Shown here piece by piece: positions 46,908 to 59,655 of a DNA stretch of 64,000 nucleotides (position 1 is the stretch's first letter; each line of letters begins with the position of its first letter). Origin of the DNA: Folioceros fuciformis (Eukaryota); NCBI GenBank assembly GCA_049999805.1, contig JBNGIO010006283.1, forward strand, positions 1 through 64,000, in the 5' to 3' direction. The position numbers and the translations under genes are program-made. The notes beneath the pieces are model-generated. The model was not told the origin of the DNA. It did not search any database and worked only from the letters and a program-made list of their open reading frames with translations.

Positions 46908-49900
46908 ATGATGTTGACTGCTACAGTTGCGCTATATTACATGACACAGGCCACCGTCGATGTCCAGTCTCCTCCTGGAAGGAAGCCCACGCCTTTGAAA
47001 GCAAGGTTGGTGGAAACCAGCTTCTGCAAGGTGCAAACTTGTTGCTTGTTCCTGCCACCGTCGGGGCAAGCCATCCGTCAAAAGTCGGATGGCTTGCCCC
47101 GACTGTGGAATCATGAAGGTGCTACATATCACAACAGAGTTCAAGGCCCAGGCTGTAGTAGCAGGCAATATGTCTGGTAGGTAGTTCTCTTTTCACAAGT
47201 AAGCCATCAGGGGTAGGGTTTTTGCAATTCCGGCTTCTCGGATCAGAAGCGCGAAGGCAACTACTGAATGTCCGGTTTGTGGTCGGTAAATTGATTTTGC
47301 AGGAAACAAAGCAAGCCTGAAGGTGGTAGGGGCCTGAAAAATGCGGAGTGGTTGGAGAAGGCACTGCATGGACTGTCCTGTATGGACCAGCAGGGCATTG
47401 TGCCCTCATCCCGAACTTACAGGTCTCTGTTGCAGGCGTGCTTAGCGCAGAAGGCTCTTGTTGAGGCGAAGTACGTGCTTGCTCATCTGGCTAACAATGG
47501 CTTGGAGTCAGACCAGGTGCTGGGTGAGTTTGCTGTCAGCACTCTGGTCAAGTGTGGGAGTCTCCAAGATGGGCTACAATTGTTTCGGAAGTTGGTGCAA
47601 CCCACCATTCGTTCTTGGGGAGCTGTCATTGGAGGCTACAGCAGGGCTGGTGAGGGTCGGAGAGCTTTGAACATGTATCAGGAAATGCAAGAGCAGGGTG
47701 TGGAGCCAGACAGGCACACGCTTGTGAGCTTGCTCAGAGCTTGCAGCAGCTTGGGTGACCTGGCAGAGGGAAAGCGGGTACATGCAGAGGCAGTGAAACA
47801 CAGGTGTGACACGGATTTGTACGTGGGGACAGCTCTTGTTGACATGTATGCCAGATGTGGAAGTATGGTTGATGCTCGCCATGTCTTTGACACTCTTCCT
47901 GAGCGAGATGTGGTGTCCTGGAATGCGATGCTTGCAGGATACATCCAGCAGGAGCACATGGAGATGGCTTTGGAACTTTACTCCCGGATGCTGAAGGAGA
48001 GCGTGCGTCCAGACGATCGGACCTTTGTCAGTGTGCTCAAGGCTTGTGCTAGCCTTGCAGAATTGGCTCCAACCGTCGCTCAGTATGCGCAATCGTTCAG
48101 AGCAAAGTGTTTGCAAAAGGGTCGGGCAATACATGCTGATGCTACGCGAGGCGGTTATGACTCGGATGTGTTTGTTGGTACCACCCTTGTAAGTATGTAC
48201 GCAAAGTGTGGGAGCCTTGAGGAAGCAGAACGAGTGTTTCTCAGGCTGTCCACACACAATGTAGTGCTATGGAATGCTATGCTTGCAGGGTTTGTACAAC
48301 ATGATCAGGGAGGGAAGGCTCTGGACCTGTACAGCAAAATGCAAAGGGAACAGGTTATTCCCGATGATAGGACGTTTGTCAGTGTCTTGAAAGCATGTGG
48401 CAATATCTCAACTTCAGAGCTGAGCACTGTTGTACATGGCGAGTCCATAAAAGTAAAGTCTCTGGAAAGGGGGAAGGCAATCCACAGGCAAGTTGCTCTG
48501 AGGGGTTTCGAATCAGATCGTTTTGTCGGGAGTGCTCTCGTGAGTATGTATGCGAAGTGCGGGAGCGTCTCACTTGCACAACTCATCTTTGACAGATTAT
48601 CTCAATACGATGTAGTGGTATGCAATGCAATGCTCGCAGGGTTTGTCCAGCAGGAGCAAGGAGAGAAGGCTTTGGAACTCTATGATCAGATGCAAAAGGG
48701 AGGAGTAACACCGACCGATGCCTCGTTTGTCAGCGTGCTCAAAGCGTATAGCATCCTGGCAGAAAGAGATTCTGGATATTCCATCAGAGAGACGATGCTT
48801 GAGAAAGGGAGAGCTGTACATGCTGAAGCAATTCGAGCAGGTTATGGATCACACTTGTCCGTGTGTAGTGCCCTGCTCAGCATGTATTCTAAGTGTGGTT
48901 GTATTACGGATGCACAGCACCTGTTTGACACTCTACCCGAGCGGGATGTGGTGGCCTGGAATACAATTCTTGCAGGCTATGTGCAGCTGGAAGATGGGTT
49001 GAAGGTACTGCAGCTCTATGCCCGAATGCAAGAGGAAGGTGTAAGTCCAAATGGCTGGACGTTTGTGAACTTGTTCCGAGCATGCGCGAGCCTTGCAGAC
49101 ATGGAGGAAGACACTGTAGAAAACGGAGATTCCTTCAAAGCCAAGTCTCTTGAGAAGGGTAAGGTTCTGCATGCGATTTCTTCTTCCACGGGATATGAAT
49201 TAGATATGTTTGTGGGCAATTCGCTGGTCATCATGTATGCAAAGTGTGGGAGCATGGTGGATGCAGAGGAGGTCTTCGGTCTATTGTCAAATCGTAATGT
49301 GGTATCATGGAGTGCCATGATCCGAGGATACGCTGAGAAGGACCAAAGCGCGAAGGCATTGCACCTCTACTCCCAGATGCGAGTGGAAGGCGTGCATCCA
49401 GATGAAGCCACAGTTGTGTCCGTGCTCAAGGCCTGCGGAAATGCAGGGGCCCTTGATACCTGCATCCATGTCCACCGTGAAATTCTCCAAAGCGGGTTGG
49501 CATTAGGGTTAGAGCAAGGCCTGTGTGTGGCAAACTCTCTCATCCATGCGTATGGCAAGTGCGGGAGCATGGTGAAAGCTCAGGCCGTTTTTGACTCTCT
49601 GCCCTACCCTTCTGTGGTGTCTTGGAATGCGCTCATCGCGGGTTATGCTCGTCATGCAAAGGTTGCATCAAGCATCCAGTGTTTTCAAGACATGCAAAAG
49701 GCAGGATTAAAACCGAACGGCGTCACATTCTTGTCCCTTCTGTCAGCATGCAGTCACGCCGGCTTGGTGGATGAAGGTGTAAAGTACTTTGCAAGCATGA
49801 CCAAGGACCATGGCGTGGCTCCGGCAATTGGGCACTTTGTCAGTCTGGTCGACCTGTTCGGCCGCGCAGGACTCCTGTCCAGAGCAGCAACGATATTCTT

Positions 49901-50246
49901 GAGAATGCCGGTTCAGCCTAGTCTCTCTCTGTGGTTGTCTTTGCTTGGAGCCTGCCGGAAATACGGCGACATTGAGCTAGGCAGACGTAGCTTCGACTTT
50001 GCTGTGGCGTTGGAGCCTAAATGTAGTTCTGCTTACGTGCTGATGTCCAACATCTACGCTCAGGCTGGCATGTTGGACTCCGCTGCTCAGATAGATGAGG
50101 TTAGAAGGAGGGTAGGTGCTTGGAAGCAGACTGGTCAGAGCTGGATTGAACACGAAGGCGAAGTGCTTAAGTTTAAAGTCGGGGAATGCCAGGAAGGGGT
50201 GTACGCTCTGCTGCAACATCTTCAAGCAGATCGCCACTTTTACTGA
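46908..50246 (+). CDS. PLS-class PPR protein with E domains, no DYW (probable organellar RNA-editing factor)
   Basis: Exon 46908-47176 splices in frame to 47303-50246. Repeated P-L-S triplets (LVDMYARCGSMVDA, VVSWNAMLAGY, TFVSVLKAC) are followed by WLSLLGACRKYG, AYVLMSNIYA and a PG-box-like TGQSWIE, then an early stop. Confidence 0.94.
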
Positions 50247-50405
50247 CCATCGTATAAGGACCGGTACCACGTCCAAACATCTGTACCTTACCCATCACAT
50301 AGTTTTCGAGGACAAACCTCGACCAGTTCCAACTTTCGCTGAAGGGCACGGCACCATTCCAAAAGGTTGACGGCATGTCCCACACAAGTAACACACTTGT
50401 CTTTG

Positions 50406-51561
50406 TCAATGTCGGGGCTTCAAAAATGTTTTGAACATGTGTCGTAGCAGTTCTGAATCGGCCTGCTCTTCACCCATAGACCCTTTGGCCTGTGTCACCT
50501 GTTCTTCCTGGTTTGCATCACGGTTGAATGGGTCAGTGACAAAAACAGATTGGGAGATGGCGTGGAAAAGACTTTAAGGCGGTTGAGCACGAACCGTCAG
50601 CATCCCCGCGGCACGTAGGCCATCGAGGATCTCTTCCTCCACTTCTGTCGTGAACTCAGGGTGCCCTTGAATGCCCAATGCGTGGTCACCAACGGAAAAC
50701 ATCTCTATCCGGGTCTTGTCAGACCACGCCAGAACCTCCCCTCCAGGTGGAACCTTGAACACCTGTCGAGCTACATCAGCACCACATTGTGAGCCGAGAT
50801 CCGAGAGAAGTTAACTCTTAACTCAAGCGCGTAGTCCCGTTTCACAACGTGTACCACATCTTGATGCATCTCGAGAATTCTGAGAACGGGAGGAAGCCCC
50901 GTTCCGTAGGGTTTGGTCAATAGAGCATCACTGACGATTAATTTCTTCAAACCAACTTCCCATCCCTCTGGATTCCGGCCAGTAGATCCCCCAAGTGATC
51001 TACTCAGAACCTGCATGTCAAGGTGATCTTTCATTAATCAAAGGTTTAAGACCAGCAACACAGCTTGCACGCCGACATAGCTCCAACAAAGGAGAAAGAT
51101 GAAACCTGGTGCCCGAAGCAAACTCCAAGTATTTTCTTCCTCTTCTCGTTCACCCGGTGAGGGGTTGTGCAGAGCTTTTCAATCCAAGGCTCAGATCCGT
51201 GAGCATCGTGCCGACTTCCAGTAATTACTAATCCGTCGTACAAGTCGAGCTCCTCATCCGCAGGGAATTCCCCTTCTATGATCGGAAAGATATCCCACGT
51301 TTCTCCCGGATCCCTGAGCAGACTCACAAACATCTCCCCGTATCCGCCATATTTCTTAATCGCACCTGGTGCAGCGTGTAGGCTCATAAGAACCGCAAAC
51401 CTCTTCCCACTCTCTCCCTTCAGCTGATCGTCTGAAAGTTCGGGTGAGGCAGCCGTCCCAAATCGCTTTTCCGCACTAACCGACGTGTCATGAGCGGGAT
51501 TGCCATCGTGGAATCCTTCCACTTCTTCATCGACCTTGCTGGAACCATCTGTCGGAGCCAT
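50406..51561 (-). CDS. Class I glutamine amidotransferase / gamma-glutamyl peptidase-like
   Basis: Four exons: KKYGGYGEMFV, YDGLVITGSRHDAH, catalytic ILGVCFGHQ and GIQGHPEF. Confidence 0.9.
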
Positions 51562-52250
51562 GACCAGGCTATCTTGTGCTACGCAACACTCCTTCTCGAT
51601 TCTCAACTCTAAGGCTCTTCATCCGCTTACAGAGGAAACAGAAAAAGCCACCACGCTTTTTCCGGCACTGGAATCTTCCCTCACCGCAAGGGTTGCAAGA
51701 CTTCTGTAAAAGAATGACGCTGATTATATGCAAACTCCGATGCTCTCCTCCGTGAATCGAGATTTGCTACACGCTCATCATGTCCGAGAGACGGGTCCGA
51801 ATTTGGCCAGTAGCAGGAGGCGACAAAGAACAGTGTCCTTTGTCGCCACTTGAAAGTGAAGCCGATGGAACCGGAGTGTTGCAGATGCATGCAAGATGCG
51901 GAAATAAGGCGTACAGAGATCTACAGTAGCTCAACGTTCCAACGTTGATTTGCTTGTTTGGCACCTGACGCAAGACAGGGAGTGCGCCTGAAGGAGGAAA
52001 TCGGCAAACCAGACCTGCATGCGTGAACTGCCCCCCATAGCCGCTACATACCCGCTTCACTGACCTTAACAGGTGAAGTTTCATTACGGTGTCGAGCCGT
52101 TTCATACCGCAGCCCTAAACGGCTAAACCCCCTGCTGAGCCCTTCCCTTCGCTTGCGTGCCACGGTTCTTCCCCCACATCTGTGCACTCTGCCCTTCGTA
52201 TGTGTGTAAAGATTTTGATGAAGGAAGAGTGACATTGTGAGAGTCTGCTG

Positions 52251-53851
52251 ATGGCTGGACTGGCAGCCAGGTTTTCCCTGGCTGGTGCATTGGGAGGAGA
52301 GAATCGAGGACACGGCGAATGCTGGGATCTTGCTGTGGCCGAGAGGCTGGGTGCTGGAACTGGGCTCAAGGGACGACATTGCCTCGGACGAGCCGGGAAG
52401 GATCGTAAGGCAGCGTGGCTGCAAGGGAAGGGAGTTCAATGTGCCACAGCAGGTGCAGTGAGTGAGCAGGGAACTGCCATTCCCAGCAAGGCGCCGGCCA
52501 GGGCGCCGTCAGGCATCCGGCGCCACACAGTATCGGTGTTTGTAGGCGACGAGAGCGGCATGATCAACCGGATCGCTGGAGTGTTTGCAAGGAGGGGCTA
52601 CAACATCGAGTCTCTGGCTGTGGCGCTGAACAAGGACAAGGCGCTCTTCACAATCGTGGTGTCCGGCACGGACCGGGTGCTGCAGCAGGTGATGCAGCAG
52701 CTGTACAAGCTGGTGAATGTGCGACAGGTGGAGGATTTGACAAAGGAGTCCAAGGTGGAGCGCGAGCTTATGCTGGTGAAGGTGAAGGTGGGCGCAGAGA
52801 ACCGGATGGAGGTGCTGGGTTTGGTGGAGTGCTTCAGGTCGCGCGTTGTGGATGTGGCGGAGGACTCACTGACCATCGAGGTGACGGGTGACCCCGGGAA
52901 GATCGAAGCGGTGCAGCGGATGATGAGTAAGTTCGGGATCCATGAGATCGCCCGCACAGGGAAGATTGCGCTAAGGCGGGAGCGGCGCGGGCAGCACACG
53001 GAAATGCGGGAGCCACCGCGGGGGGTTTTGTCGGACGACGAGGAGGAAGAGCGGAGGGAGAGCCGGAGGCGGGCGGGGCGCGAAGGCGTTGCCTACTCTG
53101 CTCCAGCCAACGGTCCGGACGGGGACGTGTATTTTGTGGAGCGTGAGGATGATCGGCTATGGTCGAACCCTGTTCTTGATCCGTCGTGGCGGGATGCGGA
53201 TGCGGATGCGGAGGATCCGGATGGGCTCGTTTCCCACACGCTCTCCATGCTGGTGACGGACGAGCCTGGTGTGCTGAACCGGGTGACGGGCGTGTTCGCG
53301 AGGAGGGGGTACAATATCCAGTCGCTGGCCGTGGGCCCGGCTGAGAATCCTGGGATCTCACGAATCACCACTGTCGTGCCTGGGACCGATGAGTCTATCG
53401 ACAAGTTGCTGAGCCAGTTGGTGAAGCTCGTGGATGTGATCCAGGTTAGGGTGCTGATTCACTTTCTGTCGATGTTGGAATGAGGGTGAGTGAAGCAAAG
53501 GGAAGGTTCCTGAACCCTCTCACGCGGGTGTGAATGCAGGTGCAGGACATCACCAAGCAGCCCTTTGCAGAAAGGGAATTGATGCTGATCAAGGTGTGCG
53601 CTGAGGAAACTGTCAGGCGAGATGTCCTGGACATTGCCAGCATTTTCCGTGCGAAGCCTGTTGATTTGTCCCCCACAACAATCACCCTTGAGCTCACGGG
53701 AGATTTGGAGAAGATGGCAGCTTTGCAACGTCTGCTGCAGCCGTTCGGAATCGTCGAGGTTGCTCGCACTGGTCGGGTAGCTCTCATTCGGGGTTCTGGG
53801 GTGGACACGAAGTATCTCACGCAGCTTCAACCCGCAGATTCTTACCTCTGA
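52251..53851 (+). CDS. ilvN: Acetolactate synthase small (regulatory) subunit, plastid, with two ACT repeats
   Basis: Exons 52251-53444 and 53540-53851. [69 protein letters not shown], and two copies each of ERELML and ARTG. Confidence 0.96.
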
Positions 53852-54232
53852 ATGATAGCTAGGAGCAGGTGACCGGACGGCCCTGCCCAGGGTTTGGGTG
53901 CCCAGTCCACGTCACCAGCTTAAATTGAGGAATAGGATTTGATGCCGCATTCTAGTCTTGGTTTCCAATGAACGCCAGTTGGTGGGTACAAATCCAAATG
54001 CAGGATGCAATTCATGCATGTATCTAGCAGGACACAAAAAGACGAATCATGTCCCCAACAGAAGTTGGTTTCACTGGAACACCACCACACAAATCTAGTA
54101 GTTAGTTTACAAAGAAGGCCCGAACGCGAAGAGTCTCCGAGTCTAAAATTACACCTCAAGAACCTGTCAAAATTCTAGCTTCTTTCTGTGGCATTCCAGG
54201 CGTGTTCAGCCTGCTAGCTGCGTGGGCCAGTA

Positions 54233-55735
54233 TCAGATTTGGAAATCCACCTCTGCAGGCTTCGTGGGTTCAGGCTTGACTTGGGAATCCTGGTTGATGC
54301 CTTGAGGGAGAGATGACTGAGTTGGCTTGGACGATTCGGACTGGAGGTCATTGGGAGACTTTCCACCCCAAGCCGCCCGCTCAGCGGCTGCTTCACAGAC
54401 GACAGAGCTGCTCAGAGGTTGCCACTCCTTGGACATCTAATCTAGTACGCTGAAGCTGGACACGCAAGTACTTACCTAGTCTCTCCTCCTCTGGTACCGA
54501 GGCCCTGACTTTTTCCTTGAGGGTATTGAGCTGTTCGTCCACCTGCTTGAGAGCAGCCTCTGCCACTGACTCAGGGGTTTCACCGTCCTTGTAAGAGGAT
54601 GCATCAGAAGCTGCAAGACGTACCAGGGACGAGATCAACTCAAACGAAGTGCTGCAGAATGCCGTAATTCGACTCGGGCCGACGGAGGAGAACACGCACC
54701 CTTGGAAGACTTCTTGGGTTTCCGGGTTGCTGTTTCTTTTGGGGATTCCCCTGATGTTGGGCTGCTCACGACTGCAGCTCCAGGAGCCACCACAGGAGTG
54801 GAAGGAGGTGCCTCGGCTGTGGACACTGATGGTGAGGCAGCAGGAGACTCCAGGGTCTCTGGAATGGTCTCGGCAGGCGCTGCAGCAGGTGCTGATGAGG
54901 ATGAGGCCTTGGATGCAGGCGCTGCGGGTGCGGGTGGGGTACTGTACTGCGACTGGTTGTTGATGCCCCGCAGCTCGTCCAGACCAATCTCCTGCTCCAA
55001 AGTGCTTCTGAACTCCCTGGAGACTTGCTGCATCATGACCCAGAAAGTGTGGCACATGAGAAACATCATCTGTCTCCATCCACACGAATCCCGGACATGC
55101 AAGCCAGCGTGAAGCACTCACTACCTGGAGCTCCTTGATGGTGGGTTGAAAAGCCCGAAGAGACTTGCCCAGAGTCCGGGCAACCTGTCTCTCACATGAA
55201 AGCGTGAGCACGGTTGGAACGGGGTAGCAATTGCAGGAGGGAGATCAGGCAAGCATTGCAAATACCTCTGCCAGGCCTCTGGGACCGAAAACAATGAGGG
55301 CAACCACTGCAATGACCAGTGCTTCTGGGGCACCAACCCCGAGCAACGAGGCCTCCACAACCCCCCTACGGCTTCCCTCCCTTGTCCGTCTCTCCCAAAC
55401 TGTTGGATCACAAGTAATCACACAACCCTGTCTGAGAACTGCAGCCCACCACACGGCACTCCAGCAGCAGCAAGATTATGCAAGGCAGCGCCCCAGGCCG
55501 AACCTTTGAAAAGGGAATGAATTTGTTTGGGTCCCAGATGCATATGGCCATTCCAGGAGGTGAGCGAGCTCAACCCACATTTTCCCAAAGGACATCTCTT
55601 CAGCGGCGGCGGCTTGACGTGGCATTGGGGCTTTGCGGGGGAGAAGGAAGCGCTGGTGCTGCAACAGGAGTCAGAGATGGAGGAAGGCACCGCCCAGAGT
55701 TGCGCTGCTGCAGCACCAGCTCCCAGAGCCGCCAT
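54233..55735 (-). CDS. HCF106: Thylakoid Tat translocase subunit TatB (HCF106)
   Basis: A transit peptide precedes ASLLGVGAPEALVIAVVALIVFGPRGLAE|VARTLGKSLRAFQPTIKELQ|QVSREFRSTLEQEIGLD, followed by an acidic Pro-rich tail. Confidence 0.93.
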
Positions 55736-55913
55736 AGCCCAGGCGTCGCCTACAACTCGGTCGTGAAGATATGTGAGGAGCGTCAGCCAGGCCTTTGGAC
55801 ACCCATTCGCGAGCTCATTCCTGAGTCGATCGAAGAGGTCAATTTTGGCTTGTGCTGGGTGCAGGAGATAAGTAGGCGGTCTACACCAGTGTCGGTGCGC
55901 CACGTCTATACAG

Positions 55914-55925
55914 GGGTTTAGGGTT
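55914..55925. promoter_or_regulatory. Telo-box-like motif in the divergent TatB/RPL24 intergenic region
   Basis: GGGTTTAGGGTT about 60 bp upstream of the RPL24 ATG. Telo-boxes are common near plant ribosomal-protein genes. Confidence 0.5.
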
Positions 55926-55985
55926 CTGATCCCGCTCGCTCCCGGGAGTGGTTTGTGCAAGACAAGGTATGTGCTTGCGTGCGTG

Positions 55986-56832
55986 ATGGGGTGGAAGGCA
56001 GCGCAGCAGATCTTCAAACGATGGGATATTCTTCGGGGAGACAAGGTCATGTCTGATTTGGTGGCTTCGATGGCAGCTGTTCATCACCAGGGCAGCAGAG
56101 CCTGAGGGTGTTTCGTGTACTGCAGGTGATGGTAATCGCGGGGAGGGACAAGGGATTGGTTGGGAACGTCACCAGGGTCATCCGATCGCAGAACCGCGTC
56201 GTCGTGCAAGGGCGAAATTTGGTGGGTTGAAAGGGCCTGCAGGAAGTCAATTGAACACACCTGTGCTGAGAACACGTTGGGAAGCCAGATGCTCACAACC
56301 CCGCCCGGATGCCTTAATTTTGCAGGTGAAGAAGCATATCAAGAAGACTGACGACAATCCAGGGGGAATTGTGACCATGGAAGCTCCGTTGCATGTGTCG
56401 AATGTGCAGCTGGTGGATCCTGTCAGTGGGTGAGCCTGCTGCCTCCTGCCCTGTGTTTTAGGATTGGTCGCATGCCTGATGGTCAGTCCAGTTGAGTGCC
56501 TGTTTGTGGATGATGTGTTGGCAGAGCGCCTTGTAGAGTAACGTACAGGTATTTAGAGGACGGTACCAAAGTAAGAGTGTCGACAGGAGGAACAGCCTCA
56601 GGGAGTGTCATTCCCAGGCCTGAAATTCTCAAGGAACGAAGGAAACCCCGCCCGACTGCAGGTAAGGGGGATGCACTTGGTGGGGTGTGAGCCGGCACAG
56701 CCATTTCCGTCTGATGTAGTTGGGCTTTTGTAATCCTTGTTTTCTTGTTTTTGGGCAGCTGGACCAAAGGACACGCTGCAGGAAGTTGTGCTGGAGAGGA
56801 CATACTTTCTCGAGACATCGTCATCTGGATAG
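55986..56832 (+). CDS. RPL24: Ribosomal protein uL24 (KOW), mitochondrial type
   Basis: Five exons: MGWKAAQQIFKRWDILRGDK|VMVIAGRDKG...GRNL|VKKHIK...EAPLHVSNVQLVDP...DGTKVRVS...AGPKDT. TAG at 56830-56832. Confidence 0.93.
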
Positions 56833-57213
56833 GGGCCAGGAACGTTTGGAACTTCAGCTGGACTACTGCAAGATCTGTGAAACCGTGTAGAGCGTCTCTG
56901 AGAAGCTTTCTCGTGAACGACGCATGCTGGCCTGTGCTGTAGTGTGTGAAGTTTGTTAGACACAGTCGTGAGCTTGGTTTCTTACTAGAACCAGAGATTA
57001 GGTGAACACGCCTTTCATCGACATTGGCCACGTGGGACTAGCTGACCTGGATAAAGGTACAGGCTTCTGGAATGAAGGAGCCTGGAGCTATCAGAACTCG
57101 AGTTCCCAGACACTGGACACAGCAGCACGCCTGCACGTTGGAGACGAATTCAATGGTCTGTCATTTTAAAGGATTTTGAGTATAATTTAAAAAGTATACA
57201 TTGGCTGCGTGTA

Positions 57214-57285
57214 GCCGTCTTAGCTCAGTGGTAGAGCGCGTGGCTTTTAACCACGTGGTCGTGGGTTCGATACCCACAGACGGCG
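57214..57285 (+). tRNA. trnK-UUU: tRNA-Lys (anticodon UUU)
   Basis: 72-nt cloverleaf: acceptor GCCGTCT/AGACGGC, D arm GCTC/GAGC, anticodon arm CGTGG-CTTTTAA-CCACG, T arm GTGGG-TTCGATA-CCCAC. TA-rich upstream element and downstream T runs. Confidence 0.97.
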
Positions 57286-58363
57286 GCAACAAATAATGAT
57301 TATCGCTGACATTTTGGAAAAATACTTCTTTTTTCCCGTTGGAGAAACGTCGGGTTTAATTTTCAATTTTTTGCGCTCATGTGTTTAAAGCTTGAGAGGT
57401 TTATTTTTTGAGATAATATATCTAAAGCTTGAGCGGTTTTATTCTTTTTGATTTTTTTTGAGCTAATGTGTCTAAAGCTTGAGCCATAGGATACATTCTT
57501 TTTAAAACAGCCTAGGCCGTGTGGAGGTTCACCCCTATATAATGAACTAATTTAAATCGTAGATTCATAAATGTTAATTCATAATAAGAGCTTTCCAAGC
57601 TGTTTCTTATTTCCTACAAGAGTGTTGGAAATAGGCCGACATATGATGAACTTGTTCAAATGCCAAGTTAATAAAATATTACCTTGAGAAAATGCTTTCC
57701 AAGCTACTAGCTTCTTATTCTCTACATAAGTCTTTCATAACTATTCATAACACTCTTGGTACCATATTTTCCTTGTCTAGAAAGAGAGGTTTCTTTCCCA
57801 TGGGATAGGAAGTATGGAATACGGATACAACCAAAATGTTTGTGATACTAAATCCCTAGCCTTTGCATAGAATCCACAGTTTTGGTTGTCACAAGCATTT
57901 GCTTTGTGCACCCTTCGGAGCATCTGAATGCAGCCATCACCAACTTAGGGTGACTTACACATTTTATGTCGCTTGTGTCACTGATTTGTTTTCATGACAC
58001 AATGACCTTGTGTCACATTGTGGGGAACACCCAACCTTGGAGATGGCTCAAGGGAATCGAAATTTGCAATCTTTATTCCATACCCCTTGAGGAAGGACAA
58101 TATAAAGATACAAAGCCATACACACACCCATGAGGCCTTTACGAAAGACCTCACACTACTATAGGGATCAAAGAAGCGGATGGTACCAATTCATGCCCAT
58201 CGAGTGGGTTTCTCCTCCGACTGTGGTTGTAAGCACTTCTCCAATGGCTCTATCTTGCACTTGTGATCCCTGCACAATGTCATCAAGGCCAGGAGAAGCC
58301 GATACATGTCGAGAAAGAAGTTCATACCCTCCAATCCCTTTGAAGCCAAATGCATTGTCACAA

Positions 58364-58890
58364 GCAACTTGCAAGACGCACACAAGTATGCGCACTTGAT
58401 TGTCAGCAACTTGTAAGATGCACAAAAGGATGTGCAAGTGATTGTTAGCAACTTGCAAGAGGCACACAAGGATGCGCAAGTGATTGTCAGCAACTTGTAT
58501 GATGCACACAAGGATGCGCAAGTGATTGTCAACAACTTGCAAGAGGCACACAAGGATGCGCAAGTGATTGTCAACAACTTGCAAGACGCACACAAGGATG
58601 CACAAGTGATTGTCAGTAACTTGTAAGATGCACACACGGATGCGTAAGTGATGTTAACAACTTGGAAGACACATAGAAGGATATGCAATTGATTGTCAGC
58701 AACGTGCAAGATGTACACAAGATGCTCAATTGATTGTCAACAATTTGCAAGATGCACACAAGGATGCGGAAGTGATTATCAGCAACTTGCAAGACGCACA
58801 CAAGGATGCGGAAGTGATTATCAGCAACTTGCAAGACGCACACAAGGATGCGCAAGTGATTGTCAGCACCTTGCAAGACGCACAACTTGC
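58364..58890. repeat. Minisatellite, 42-bp unit, about 12-13 copies
   Basis: Consensus GCAACTTGCAAGACGCACACAAGGATGCGCAAGTGATTGTCA, followed by a (CAACCTA)n run near 58985-59007. Confidence 0.95.
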
Positions 58891-59655
58891 AATTGCAATC
58901 GTCAACTACAATCTACAACTCCAACGTGCAATGCCATATACTAGGCAACTTGCAATTGCCATTTGCAAGATAATTTACAACTACAACCTACAACCTACAA
59001 CCTACAACCCTTCTTGCTCCAATGAAAGGTATAAGTACGGCCTATCAATGGGGTCTCTTTCTGGACAAAATTTATTAAATTAATTAAAAATTAAAAGGTA
59101 AAAATAAATTATATTAATTTAAGCTAATACGTTTTTTTATTTAAATAGTCTGTCGCTAAAAGCTCAGAAGAAATCTACGGACGGAAATAAATCATGTGGG
59201 TCTCAACATGTGCTAAGCTTACCGCAGCTCGACTTGTTCACATGCTGTAGACATTTGCGAAGGGGGAGGGGAAAAGAATGTGGCCGTTGTATATATGTCT
59301 TGGTAGAGTGAGGTGCATAATTGGGGCACAGCGTGCTGGGTTGTGTGGCTACACACTCACCTCCCACGTCATGCTAGGTACCATCGTCTAAAGAGGTGTT
59401 GTCGGCCACGGTGCAATTCGAGCGATAATTTGAAAGCACATCTGTTTTTGTGACCACAGCGGTTACGATGGAGAAGGCCTCCCAATCCGGACTGAATTCA
59501 AACTCACCACCGACCGGACAAGTTTAGAGTCTGACAAGAAAGAGCACGAGCTCACTGCCGCCGGGTCATGTTTAGAGTCTGATAAGAAGGAGCACGAGCT
59601 GCCTCCCAAGAAGAAAGCGAGGGGGACAAGAAAGAGAAGCGCCACGAACATCGCA

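Noticed and set aside
57513..59044. hAT-like terminal inverted repeats TAGGCCGT / ACGGCCTA
   Set aside because: Only 8 bp match and the flanking 8-mers (AAACAGCC vs TCAATGGG) are not a target-site duplication.
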